Assembly: GCA_964507905.1 (NCBI GenBank)
Contig: CAZDSE010000001.1
Coordinates: 1 to 25,518, forward strand
Length of the DNA: 25,518 nucleotides
Origin: an uncultured bacterium
GTDB taxonomy: Bacteria > Bdellovibrionota > JACOXK01 > 2-02-FULL-40-11
Reading direction: 5' to 3'
Position 1 is the first letter of the stretch, and every line of letters starts with the position of its first letter. A program made the translations under genes and the position numbers. The notes below the pieces were generated by a model, which did no database searches, was not told the DNA's origin, and saw nothing but the letters and a program-made list of their open reading frames with translations. Positions 1-7,666 of the stretch are shown in pieces.

Positions 1-267
1 CGAACCATAGATCCCAGACTGTTGCTCCTTCCTCCCCCCAACTCTCTGGACAAAAGACTGCAGGCCTTGCTGGCCGCAATCGTCTGCACGCTATCCAGAG
101 AAGTGAAGATTGACGCTCCCGCTTGGGCCAAAAAACGATATTTCTTGAATGAACCGTGGTTTATTTCAGAATCAGAAAACTTAAAAGCCTCTGCCTTGCT
201 TGAATCCCCTCTGTATTTTAGAAAAAATAATATTTTCGTTCTCAATAATTTTTTGGAACGGGCATAA
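1..267 (+). CDS. 5'-truncated hypothetical protein, probable partner (antitoxin-like) of the downstream nucleotidyltransferase
   Basis: Frame 1 is open from base 1 (RTIDPRLLLLPPPN...), so the true start lies outside the window. The C-terminus ...ESPLYFRKNNIFVLNNFLERA resembles proteins I recall upstream of DUF6036-type NTases. The stop overlaps the next start (TAATG, 265-269). Confidence 0.6.
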   Translation, partial: RTIDPRLLLLPPPNSLDKRLQALLAAIVCTLSREVKIDAPAWAKKRYFLNEPWFISESENLKASALLESPLYFRKNNIFVLNNFLERA

Positions 268-797
268 TGCTCACAGAAAAAAAAATAAGAGAATTATTTG
301 AAGAATTAAATGAAAGATTAAAAGCACAAGGGGAAGTGGGCGAAATCGGAATTATAGGAGGGGCCGTCATGTGCTTGGTCTATCAATGCAGAACTGCCAC
401 ACGAGATATTGATGCTGTCTTTAAGCCCGCAAATCTCATTCGAAAAATTGCGTCCGAAATGGCCGATGCATACAGTCTCAATCCCAATTGGCTAAATGAT
501 GCCGCCAAAGGATATATTCAAAACCCAATCCAGAAAGAAGATATCATCCATTTATCCAATTTAAGGATTTGGGCACCCGAACCTCAGTATATGCTCGCCA
601 TGAAATGCATGAGCGCCCGGTGGGATACCCATGATCGGGAAGATGTAATTTTTTTAATTCAATTTCTGAAGATCAAAACGGAAAAAGAAGTCTTTAGACT
701 GATTGAATCTTATTACCCCAAAAAAACCATCCCTCCCAAAACCCAATTTTTCATCGAAGAAATTTTTGATAAAGATTTTAAGAAATCAAGGAAATAA
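267..797 (+). CDS. DUF6036-like / AbiEii-superfamily-like nucleotidyltransferase, putative toxin
   Basis: 176 aa with polbeta-type NTase motifs IIGGAVM and TRDID (GG...DxD), plus WLND and YMLAMK segments typical of this family. Translationally coupled to the upstream ORF. Confidence 0.7.
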   Translation: MLTEKKIRELFEELNERLKAQGEVGEIGIIGGAVMCLVYQCRTATRDIDAVFKPANLIRKIASEMADAYSLNPNWLNDAAKGYIQNPIQKEDIIHLSNLRIWAPEPQYMLAMKCMSARWDTHDREDVIFLIQFLKIKTEKEVFRLIESYYPKKTIPPKTQFFIEEIFDKDFKKSRK

Positions 798-822
798 ATA
801 AGAAAATCATCTAAAAGTACCC

Positions 823-1374
823 CTATCCCTGCACCACCAAATTCACCAGTTTCCCAGGAACATATATTTCCTTTACCATTTTTTTCCCTTCCAAATATTT
901 CTGAACGTTGGGATGAGAGCATGCTTGTTTAATAATTTCATCTTTGGACAAGTCCTTGGGCACTTCTATATTGGCGCGCAGCTTCCCATTGACCTGAATC
1001 ACAATCGACATGACTTGAGACGCAAGCCACTTTGGATCGGCGATTGGCCATTTTTCTTTAAAAATACTATCTCTATGGCCTAATTCTAGCCACAGCTCTT
1101 CAGAAAAATGAGGAGCCAAAGGAGACAACAAAATTAAAAAATCTTCCAAAGTCTTTGAATCTATTTTTTTGTTCTGCAAAGCACTCACTTCATTCATAAA
1201 TTCCATAAACGCACTGACCACCACATTAAACTTAAATGCTTCCAAACGTTCGGTAACTTTTTGAATCAATTGATGATGAGCTCGCTCTACAAGAGGATCC
1301 GAAACAGAAGTCACATCTTTTGATTCCAACACCCAATTCCATGCCCGCCTTAAGAACTTATGAGCACCCTCCAT
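823..1374 (-). CDS. leuS: Leucyl-tRNA synthetase C-terminal part (anticodon-binding and C-terminal domains); homology in this frame starts at 1416 ([17 protein letters not shown]...)
   Basis: [51 protein letters not shown] and YVPGKLVNLVV are LeuRS C-terminal motifs. Out of frame with the N-terminal part. Confidence 0.9.
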   Translation of the reverse strand: MEGAHKFLRRAWNWVLESKDVTSVSDPLVERAHHQLIQKVTERLEAFKFNVVVSAFMEFMNEVSALQNKKIDSKTLEDFLILLSPLAPHFSEELWLELGHRDSIFKEKWPIADPKWLASQVMSIVIQVNGKLRANIEVPKDLSKDEIIKQACSHPNVQKYLEGKKMVKEIYVPGKLVNLVVQG

Positions 1375-3326
1375 CCCATTGTCATTCCACTCGGACTCCT
1401 GTTCCGGAGGACCAATAGCCTCACCGTGTCGGCTCCATATTGTTTTACCAAATCATCGGGATTCACCACGTTCAGCTTGGATTTGGACATTTTTTCAACT
1501 TTTCCCGTTTTTTCAGACTTTCGACATACCATCCCTTGATTAAATAATTTTAAAAAGGGTTCATCGAAATCAATCAGTTTTAAGTCATATAAAACTTTCG
1601 TAAAAAATCTTGAATATAATAAATGCAAAATGGCATGCTCAATCCCACCCACATACTGATCCACCGGCATCCAATGTTTGACGGATTTTGGATCAAATGG
1701 CCCTTGGGTAAATTTAGGAGATGGATACCGCAAGAAATACCAAGATGATCCGGCCCATTGCGGCATCGTATCGGTTTCCCGCCTGGCTTTTCCCTTACAT
1801 TGATAACACTGTGTATTCACCCAATCTGAAATCGTGGCCAGCGGTGACTCCCCGGTCCCTGAAGGTTCATAACTTTTTACATCTGGCAATAGGAGTGGCA
1901 AATCTTCTTCTCTCAGTGGCAATTCTCCACATTTTTCACAATAAATAATGGGGATGGGTTCCCCCCAATAGCGCTGCCTGGAAAACACCCAGTCGCGAAG
2001 TTTGAAATGGACAGACGATTTGGCCAAATTCCTTTTGGTCAAAAAGTCTGTCATTTTCTTTTTGGCTTCAGGAGATGGGAGACCATTAAACTCGCCAGAA
2101 TTTATCAACATTCCCTCTTCACAATACGCCTCCCCCACGGGTGACGCCGGGGGGAAGGTATTCCCCTTTTCGGAGCTCTGCGAGAAAAGGGGAAAACCCC
2201 CAGGCGGCAGGACCCGTGGGGTAGAGACTACAGATATAATGGGCAAGTTAAATTTTGTGGCAAACTTAAAATCCCTTTCATCATGCGCGGGCACACACAT
2301 GATGGCGCCGGTCCCATATTCCATGAGAACATAATCCGAAATCCACACTGGAATTTTAGCCTGATTGATGGGATTCACCGCAAAAATACCCAAATTAACC
2401 CCAGTCACTGGCAAATCATGGCTCAAACGTTCGGTTTCCTTTTCTTGAGAGGCTTGTTTGATATAACTTTCGACATCCTTTTTGCGATTTGGCTCACAAT
2501 ATTTCAACACCAGTGGATGCTCAGGAGACACCACCATAAATGTCGCACCAAACAGTGTGTCGGGACGTGTGGTAAAAACAGTAATGGGATGTTGGACCCC
2601 CTTTGAATCCAAAATATCAAAAATAATTTCGGCCCCTTCACTCCTACCAATCCAATTGGCCTGCATGAGTTTTACTTTTTCAGGCCAATCCACTAATTTC
2701 TCCAAATCCTTCAGCAGACGATCAGCATATTGAGTGATTTTCAGCATCCATTGATTTAAATTTCGTTTGTCGACTGGGGCATCACATCGTTCACATCGAC
2801 CTGCCACCACTTCTTCATTGGCCAACCCCGCTTTACAACTGGGGCACCAGTTGATGGGCATGAGTTTTCGATAGGCGAGTCCCTTTTTATAGAATTGAAG
2901 AAAAATCCATTGAGTCCAGTGATAAAAAGATGGGTCGGTTGTATTAATCTCTCGGTCCCAATCATACATGGCTCCTATTTCTGTGAGCTGTCGGCGAATA
3001 TTGGACACATTTTTTTCAGTATTTAACTTTGGATGATTTTTTTTCTTGATGGCATCATTCTCCGCCGGCAATCCAAACGCATCCCATCCCATGGGGTGCA
3101 TGACTTTAAACCCCCTTAACGTCTGATATCTGGACCACACGTCACTCAGCACATACCCTCTCCAGTGTCCAACATGGAGCCCCGAACCCGATGGATAGGG
3201 AAACATATCCAAACAATAGTATTTGGGACGAGGATCTTCATCCAAAGCCCGATGGAACCCCTTTTCTTCCCAATATTTTCTCCATTTGGGCTCCAGGTCT
3301 AAGAAATTATATGGACGATTTGACAT
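1350..3326 (-). CDS. leuS: Leucyl-tRNA synthetase N-terminal ~636 aa (frameshifted after GADTVRL; the last ~21 aa are out of frame)
   Basis: [14 protein letters not shown] (HIGH), [13 protein letters not shown]1 editing motifs [10 protein letters not shown] and [61 protein letters not shown]. Confidence 0.95.
   Translation of the reverse strand: MSNRPYNFLDLEPKWRKYWEEKGFHRALDEDPRPKYYCLDMFPYPSGSGLHVGHWRGYVLSDVWSRYQTLRGFKVMHPMGWDAFGLPAENDAIKKKNHPKLNTEKNVSNIRRQLTEIGAMYDWDREINTTDPSFYHWTQWIFLQFYKKGLAYRKLMPINWCPSCKAGLANEEVVAGRCERCDAPVDKRNLNQWMLKITQYADRLLKDLEKLVDWPEKVKLMQANWIGRSEGAEIIFDILDSKGVQHPITVFTTRPDTLFGATFMVVSPEHPLVLKYCEPNRKKDVESYIKQASQEKETERLSHDLPVTGVNLGIFAVNPINQAKIPVWISDYVLMEYGTGAIMCVPAHDERDFKFATKFNLPIISVVSTPRVLPPGGFPLFSQSSEKGNTFPPASPVGEAYCEEGMLINSGEFNGLPSPEAKKKMTDFLTKRNLAKSSVHFKLRDWVFSRQRYWGEPIPIIYCEKCGELPLREEDLPLLLPDVKSYEPSGTGESPLATISDWVNTQCYQCKGKARRETDTMPQWAGSSWYFLRYPSPKFTQGPFDPKSVKHWMPVDQYVGGIEHAILHLLYSRFFTKVLYDLKLIDFDEPFLKLFNQGMVCRKSEKTGKVEKMSKSKLNVVNPDDLVKQYGADTVRLLVLRNRSPSGMTMGWRVLISS
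2133..2221. repeat. 89-bp nested inverted repeat (palindromic element) lying in frame inside leuS
   Basis: CCCCACGGGT (2133-2142)/ACCCGTGGGG (2212-2221), 10/10. CGCCGGGGGG (2145-2154)/CCCCCAGGCG (2197-2206), 9/10. TTCCCCTTTTC (2161-2171)/GAAAAGGGGAA (2184-2194), 11/11. Much more GC-rich than its flanks. Confidence 0.85.
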
Positions 3327-3372
3327 ACAGTGGATTTTACCTCATTTATTTTCTTAAAATCAAAGTTTATTA

Positions 3373-3401
3373 TTGACAAACAGGGAAGCTCTCCATTAAA
3401 T
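3373..3401 (+). promoter_or_regulatory. Candidate sigma70 promoter for pdaD-speB
   Basis: Perfect TTGACA (3373-3378), 17-nt spacer and a weak -10 TTAAAT (3396-3401), in the divergent leuS/pdaD intergenic region. Confidence 0.4.
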
Positions 3402-3431
3402 CAATCTCTGGTTTTGATTGGGGGAAAAAAT

Positions 3432-3977
3432 ATGATAGTCGCTAAAGAAATTTTTTTCGTAAAAGGGGTCGGCGTCCACAAGGCCAAACTCAGCTCATTT
3501 GAGATGGCACTTCGGGATGCAGGGATCGCGTGTTATAATCTCGTTCGAGTATCTTCAATTTTTCCTCCACATTGTAAAATCATTCCGACCAAAAAAGGAA
3601 TTACAAAGCTCAAACCTGGGCAAGTGGTGTTTGCGGTCATTGCAGAAAATTCAACCAATGAACCCAATCGTCTCATCGCATCGTCTATCGGAGTTGCGAT
3701 TCCGTCGGATTCCAGCAAATATGGATATTTAAGCGAACATCATCCTTATGGAGAAACAGATACCAAGGCCGGTGATTATGCCGAAGATTTGGCAGCTGAG
3801 ATGCTCGCCACAACGTTGGGCGTGGCATTCGATCCCAGTAAAAACTATGACGAACGAAAAGACCTATGGAAATTAAGAGATGAAATCGTGGCCACCAAAA
3901 ATTTCACTCAATCTGCCATCGGAAATAAAACTGGCTTATGGACAACAACGATTGCTGCAGCCATCCTGGTCCCGTAA
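3432..3977 (+). CDS. pdaD: Pyruvoyl-dependent arginine decarboxylase
   Basis: [27 protein letters not shown] contains the Ser-Ser autocleavage site; [18 protein letters not shown] and [10 protein letters not shown] also match. Start placed at ATG 3432 after a GGGG SD-like run, rather than at the 3330 extension. Confidence 0.9.
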   Translation: MIVAKEIFFVKGVGVHKAKLSSFEMALRDAGIACYNLVRVSSIFPPHCKIIPTKKGITKLKPGQVVFAVIAENSTNEPNRLIASSIGVAIPSDSSKYGYLSEHHPYGETDTKAGDYAEDLAAEMLATTLGVAFDPSKNYDERKDLWKLRDEIVATKNFTQSAIGNKTGLWTTTIAAAILVP

Positions 3978-3983
3978 TATTCA

Positions 3984-4859
3984 ATGGCCCATAACATTCA
4001 GCCTCCCGATAATTTTTTAGGTTTAGAAAAAGAGTATTCAGACTATTCAAAATCAAAAGTCGTCATTATTCCGGCACCGTTTGAAGCGTCTACCAGCTAT
4101 CAACAAGGCACTGCCTTGGGACCCAGAGCCCTGATAGAAGCGTCCAAACAAGTCGAATTATATGACATTGAACTCAATACCCATTTTCATACGGTCGGAA
4201 TCCATACCCATCCAGAACTTAATTTTTCAGAGAAAAGCGCCAAAGAATCGTGTGATATTTTATACGACACCTCTAAAAAAGTTTTAAGCGACCAAAAATT
4301 CCCCATCATGCTGGGGGGGGAGCATTCGATTTCGTATGGTCTTTTTTTGGCACTATTTGAAAAATATCCCAATCTTTCTGTCTTTCACATTGATGCCCAT
4401 ACCGATATGCGAGAAGCCTATGAAGGGAATCCGTATAGTCACGCGTCTATCTTATATCTCATTCGAAAAAAGTGTACGAAAACAGTTTCAATTGGCATCC
4501 GAAGTATGTGTGAAGAAGAAATGCTCTACGTTAAAAAATACAACGTTCCCGTTTATTTCGATTATCAAACTTCTCAAACTGGATTTGATACGAACGAATT
4601 ATTTTCTCATTTAACAAACAATGTTTACCTCACTATTGATGTAGATGGACTTTCTCCTACGATTGTTCCTTCCACCGGCACCCCAGAACCCGGAGGATTG
4701 GGCTGGTATGAAAGCTTGAATATTTTAAAAAAATTATTTAAATCTAAAAATGTGGTTGGAATGGATGTGGTGGAACACATGCCCATTCCCAATGTGGTTT
4801 ATGGTGATTTTTCTGTTGCCAAGTTAATTTATAAGTGTATAGGCTATAAATATTTCTAA
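3984..4859 (+). CDS. speB: Agmatinase (ureohydrolase family)
   Basis: Metal-binding motifs GGEHSIS, HIDAHTDMR, TIDVDGL and TGTPEPGG; directly follows arginine decarboxylase. Confidence 0.92.
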   Translation: MAHNIQPPDNFLGLEKEYSDYSKSKVVIIPAPFEASTSYQQGTALGPRALIEASKQVELYDIELNTHFHTVGIHTHPELNFSEKSAKESCDILYDTSKKVLSDQKFPIMLGGEHSISYGLFLALFEKYPNLSVFHIDAHTDMREAYEGNPYSHASILYLIRKKCTKTVSIGIRSMCEEEMLYVKKYNVPVYFDYQTSQTGFDTNELFSHLTNNVYLTIDVDGLSPTIVPSTGTPEPGGLGWYESLNILKKLFKSKNVVGMDVVEHMPIPNVVYGDFSVAKLIYKCIGYKYF

Positions 4860-4862
4860 CTT

Positions 4863-5207
4863 ATGAGCGCGTATAAAGGAATAACAGACCCAGTCGAAAA
4901 TTTAACTGTTGAAGATGACGTGCTCGTCATGAACATCAACGGAAAAGTATTTGATTCTGTCGGCCAAATAGAAACCGTGGATCTCCCCGAAGAAGGAGAA
5001 GAAGTCGTAGCGGGAGAAGAAATTGCGTCCATTTCGGGCACCGAAGGAGATGTTCAACTTAGAGCCCCAATTTCAGGAGTGGTCCTCGAAATAAATGATC
5101 TTTTTACAGAAAACATTCTGAAAACTATAGACGATGCCACTCTTTATGAATGGCTACTTAAGATTGAACCTCAGGATCCGGAAGATCTTGTAAAGTTTGA
5201 AGAGTAA
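4863..5207 (+). CDS. Glycine cleavage H-protein-like (lipoyl-domain fold) protein lacking the lipoylated lysine
   Basis: VGQIETVDLPEEGEEVVAGEEIASI...LRAPISGVVLEIN...WLLKIEP aligns with GcvH (LGDIVFVELP..G..V..GE.FGSV...LYAPVSGEVVEVN...GWLFKI). The ESVK motif is replaced by SGTE. Confidence 0.8.
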   Translation: MSAYKGITDPVENLTVEDDVLVMNINGKVFDSVGQIETVDLPEEGEEVVAGEEIASISGTEGDVQLRAPISGVVLEINDLFTENILKTIDDATLYEWLLKIEPQDPEDLVKFEE

Positions 5208-5844
5208 GTTCTTTCATATCCAAAATATCTTTGGAATCTTTTACTGAATCTTTTGCAAATAAAGGCAAAGACTCTGTCGTTCTACCTTTTAATTCTTTCA
5301 ATTGTTCCAATGATGGAAGATCCTTCACTTGATTTAAATTGAAAAATTCTAAAAATTCGTCGGTTGTGGAATAGATCAAGGGCCGACCGGGCGCTTCTTT
5401 TACTCCCACAATTTTAATCAGCTTTTTATCGAGCAATACCTTCAATAAATGTGAACTATCCACCCCCCGAATGCCATCAATATCAATTCGAGTCACCGGT
5501 TGCTTATAGGCCACAATGGCCAATGTTTCTAACTGAGCCCGACTCATGCGCTGGGGTTTCGACGCCAGCATTTTTTTGATCCAAGGAGCCTTGTCCAATT
5601 TGGTTCGGAAATGAACTCCTCCAGCAACTTCTTCCAAATAAATGCCATGTGAGGCGTCTTGATATTTAAGCTTTATCCCATTTAAGACTTCATTGATTTC
5701 TTCTCCCGATGCATCCCCAATGATGGTCAATAGTTCCTTTACCGTTATTGGCTTATCAGAAGAAAATATCAGCGCCTCAATTAGAGATTGTAAAGACTGA
5801 AGAGATTGCATCGTTTGTAAATTGTCCTGTGGTGTCGTTGTCAT
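5158..5844 (-). CDS. scpB: SMC-Scp complex subunit ScpB
   Basis: IEALIFSSDKP, LEEVAGGVHFRTK, LETLAIVAYKQPVTRIDIDGIRGV, GRPLIYSTTDEFLEFFNL...LPSLEQL. ATGA overlap with the scpA stop. Confidence 0.95.
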   Translation of the reverse strand: MTTTPQDNLQTMQSLQSLQSLIEALIFSSDKPITVKELLTIIGDASGEEINEVLNGIKLKYQDASHGIYLEEVAGGVHFRTKLDKAPWIKKMLASKPQRMSRAQLETLAIVAYKQPVTRIDIDGIRGVDSSHLLKVLLDKKLIKIVGVKEAPGRPLIYSTTDEFLEFFNLNQVKDLPSLEQLKELKGRTTESLPLFAKDSVKDSKDILDMKELTLQTLQDLPDPEVQS

Positions 5845-6635
5845 TCAAGTCTCCTCTCATGATCGTCTAACCCCTTCATAAAATCTGAATTTAATACCTC
5901 TACCTGGGCAATGCTTTTAAATGCCTGAACATAAATGTCGCTCAATGGATTAGACTGAAACAACTTAATATATCCCATTTTCGTCATTTCCAAAAGCGCC
6001 AAAAATACAACCACCATTTCTTTTCGTTTGGCACCGCCGTCCTTCACGAAACCATCAAAAGGAATTAAATCGTTTAATTTTTCATTGAGTGTTGTGACAA
6101 TCTCCATAATCTTGTCATACACACTAAGCTCTTCTCCCTCAATCGTATGAATCACTTTTTTGGATTTTAAAATCACATCCTGGAATGCCACAGCCAGTTC
6201 ATAGACACCCACTTCAATCAAACTTTCTTTGGGATCAAAATCCCAAGTGAGATCTCTCGGTGGCAAGAAGACCCGAAACAAATCCTCATTTAAAAATGGC
6301 CTCTTTAATAAATCTTCAGCCGCATTTTTATATTGCTCGTACTCCATCAGACGACGAATAAGCTCTTCTCTGGGATCTGGGCCTTCTTCTTGCGACTCGT
6401 CTTCTGATTTCGGCAGCATCATTTTTGATTTGATGTAAATAAGAGTTGCCGCCATCACGATAAATTCAGACGCCAGTTCGACATCCAATGTTCTCATGCG
6501 ATTAATGACATCCAAATATTGATCTGTAATTTTAGAGATCTCTAATTTTTGGATATCAAACTCATTTTGACGAATCAAATGCAGCAATAAATCCAAAGGA
6601 CCTTCAAAATTTTCTAATTTCACTTGGACTGTCAT
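5841..6635 (-). CDS. scpA: Segregation and condensation protein ScpA (kleisin)
   Basis: FEGPLDLLLHLI, ASEFIVMAATLIYIKSKMMLP, DPREELIRRLMEY, VVFLALLEM. ATGA overlap with the trpS stop. Confidence 0.95.
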   Translation of the reverse strand: MTVQVKLENFEGPLDLLLHLIRQNEFDIQKLEISKITDQYLDVINRMRTLDVELASEFIVMAATLIYIKSKMMLPKSEDESQEEGPDPREELIRRLMEYEQYKNAAEDLLKRPFLNEDLFRVFLPPRDLTWDFDPKESLIEVGVYELAVAFQDVILKSKKVIHTIEGEELSVYDKIMEIVTTLNEKLNDLIPFDGFVKDGGAKRKEMVVVFLALLEMTKMGYIKLFQSNPLSDIYVQAFKSIAQVEVLNSDFMKGLDDHERRLE

Positions 6636-7615
6636 ATCTTCATCGCCCCTCGCACTTCTTCGATGGTCCTCTCTGCAATTTGTCTGGCTTTGTGCTCTCC
6701 ATCTTTCAAAATCTCTTCCACCTTTTTGGGCTGTGCCAAAAGTTTTTCTCTCTTTTCTAAAAAGATATCATGCCACGGCTGCAATGTCGTTAAAAGCATC
6801 TTTTTACAATCGATACATCCAATCTTGGCCGTCCTACACCCGGCTGCCGCTTCATCTTGCGTCGGTCCATCGGAATATGCCTTGTGGAGTTCAAACAGAG
6901 GACATTTGGCAGGATCTCCAGGATCTTGTCTTCGTTTACGCGCTGGGTCGGTTACAAACGTCAATATCTTTTGATTAAAATCTTTAGAATTATCAGATAA
7001 ATACACGCAATTATTATAGCTATTGCTCATCTTTCGTCCATCGGTACCTGGTACCTTTGGAGACAGACTCAGCTCTGCCTCGGGCTCTGGGAAAATGGGT
7101 GCAAACAAAAAATTAAATCGTCGGGTGATTTCCCGACCCAATTCCAAATGAGACACTTGATCTTCTCCCACCGGAACCAATTCCCCTTTATACATGAGTA
7201 TATCGGCTATCTGAAGTACGGGGTATCCCAGAAAACCAAAATTCGACGTGTCCTTATTCTTTATCTGTTCTATCTGCTCTTTATACGTCGGATTCCGCTC
7301 CAACCATCCCACCGGTGTAATCATGGACAAAAGTAAAAAAAGTTCCGCATGTTCTTTTACATGAGACTGAACAAACAAAGTCACTTTGTTTGGATCCAGT
7401 CCCAAGGCCAGCCAGTCCGTAACATTATCCAAATAGGTTTTTTGAATTAAATTCGAATCTTTAAAATCGGTGGTCAATGCATGCCAATCCGCCGCAAAGA
7501 AAAAACAATCGTATTTGTCTTGTAACGATATCCATGTTTTTAGAGCCCCCAAATAATGTCCCAAGTGCATGGGACCTGTCGAGCGCTTACCGCTCACCAA
7601 TCTTTTCTTTTTCAT
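6632..7615 (-). CDS. trpS: Tryptophanyl-tRNA synthetase
   Basis: GPMHLGHYLG (HIGH), FFFAADWHALT, LFVQSHVKEHAEL, GFLGYPVLQIADIL, VPVGEDQ..HLELGR; KMSKS variant KMSNS. Confidence 0.95.
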   Translation of the reverse strand: MKKKRLVSGKRSTGPMHLGHYLGALKTWISLQDKYDCFFFAADWHALTTDFKDSNLIQKTYLDNVTDWLALGLDPNKVTLFVQSHVKEHAELFLLLSMITPVGWLERNPTYKEQIEQIKNKDTSNFGFLGYPVLQIADILMYKGELVPVGEDQVSHLELGREITRRFNFLFAPIFPEPEAELSLSPKVPGTDGRKMSNSYNNCVYLSDNSKDFNQKILTFVTDPARKRRQDPGDPAKCPLFELHKAYSDGPTQDEAAAGCRTAKIGCIDCKKMLLTTLQPWHDIFLEKREKLLAQPKKVEEILKDGEHKARQIAERTIEEVRGAMKI

Positions 7616-7663
7616 ATGTCATCCCCGCGAAAGCTATGTCATCCCCTCGAAAGCGGGGATCTC
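7615..7663. repeat. REP-like palindromic element (GTCATCCCCGCGAAAGCGGGGATC type) with a 20-nt tandem duplication
   Basis: TATGTCATCCCCGCGAAAGC (7615-7634) then TATGTCATCCCCTCGAAAGC (7635-7654), 19/20 identical, followed by GGGGATCTC. It fills almost the whole S2P-trpS spacer and translates as the familiar VIPAKA repeat peptide. Confidence 0.8.
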
Positions 7664-7666
7664 TCC

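Noticed and set aside
1411-1500. Programmed -1 frameshift to rescue leuS
   Set aside because: There is no X XXY YYZ slippery heptamer at the junction, and conserved residues are physically missing, which slippage cannot restore.
3330-3431. 34-aa N-terminal extension of pdaD in the ORF track
   Set aside because: It lies in the divergent promoter region, covers the TTGACA box and has no family similarity. Homology starts at MIVAKEIF (3432).
3327-3431. T-box or attenuator leaders for leuS (and for trpS at 7616-7666)
   Set aside because: The spacers are too short (105 and 51 nt), and no T-box motif or leader peptide is visible.
5782-5811. QSLQSLQSL micro-repeat at the ScpB N-terminus
   Set aside because: Three degenerate 9-nt units in a variable N-terminal tail, with no sign of a phase-variable tract.
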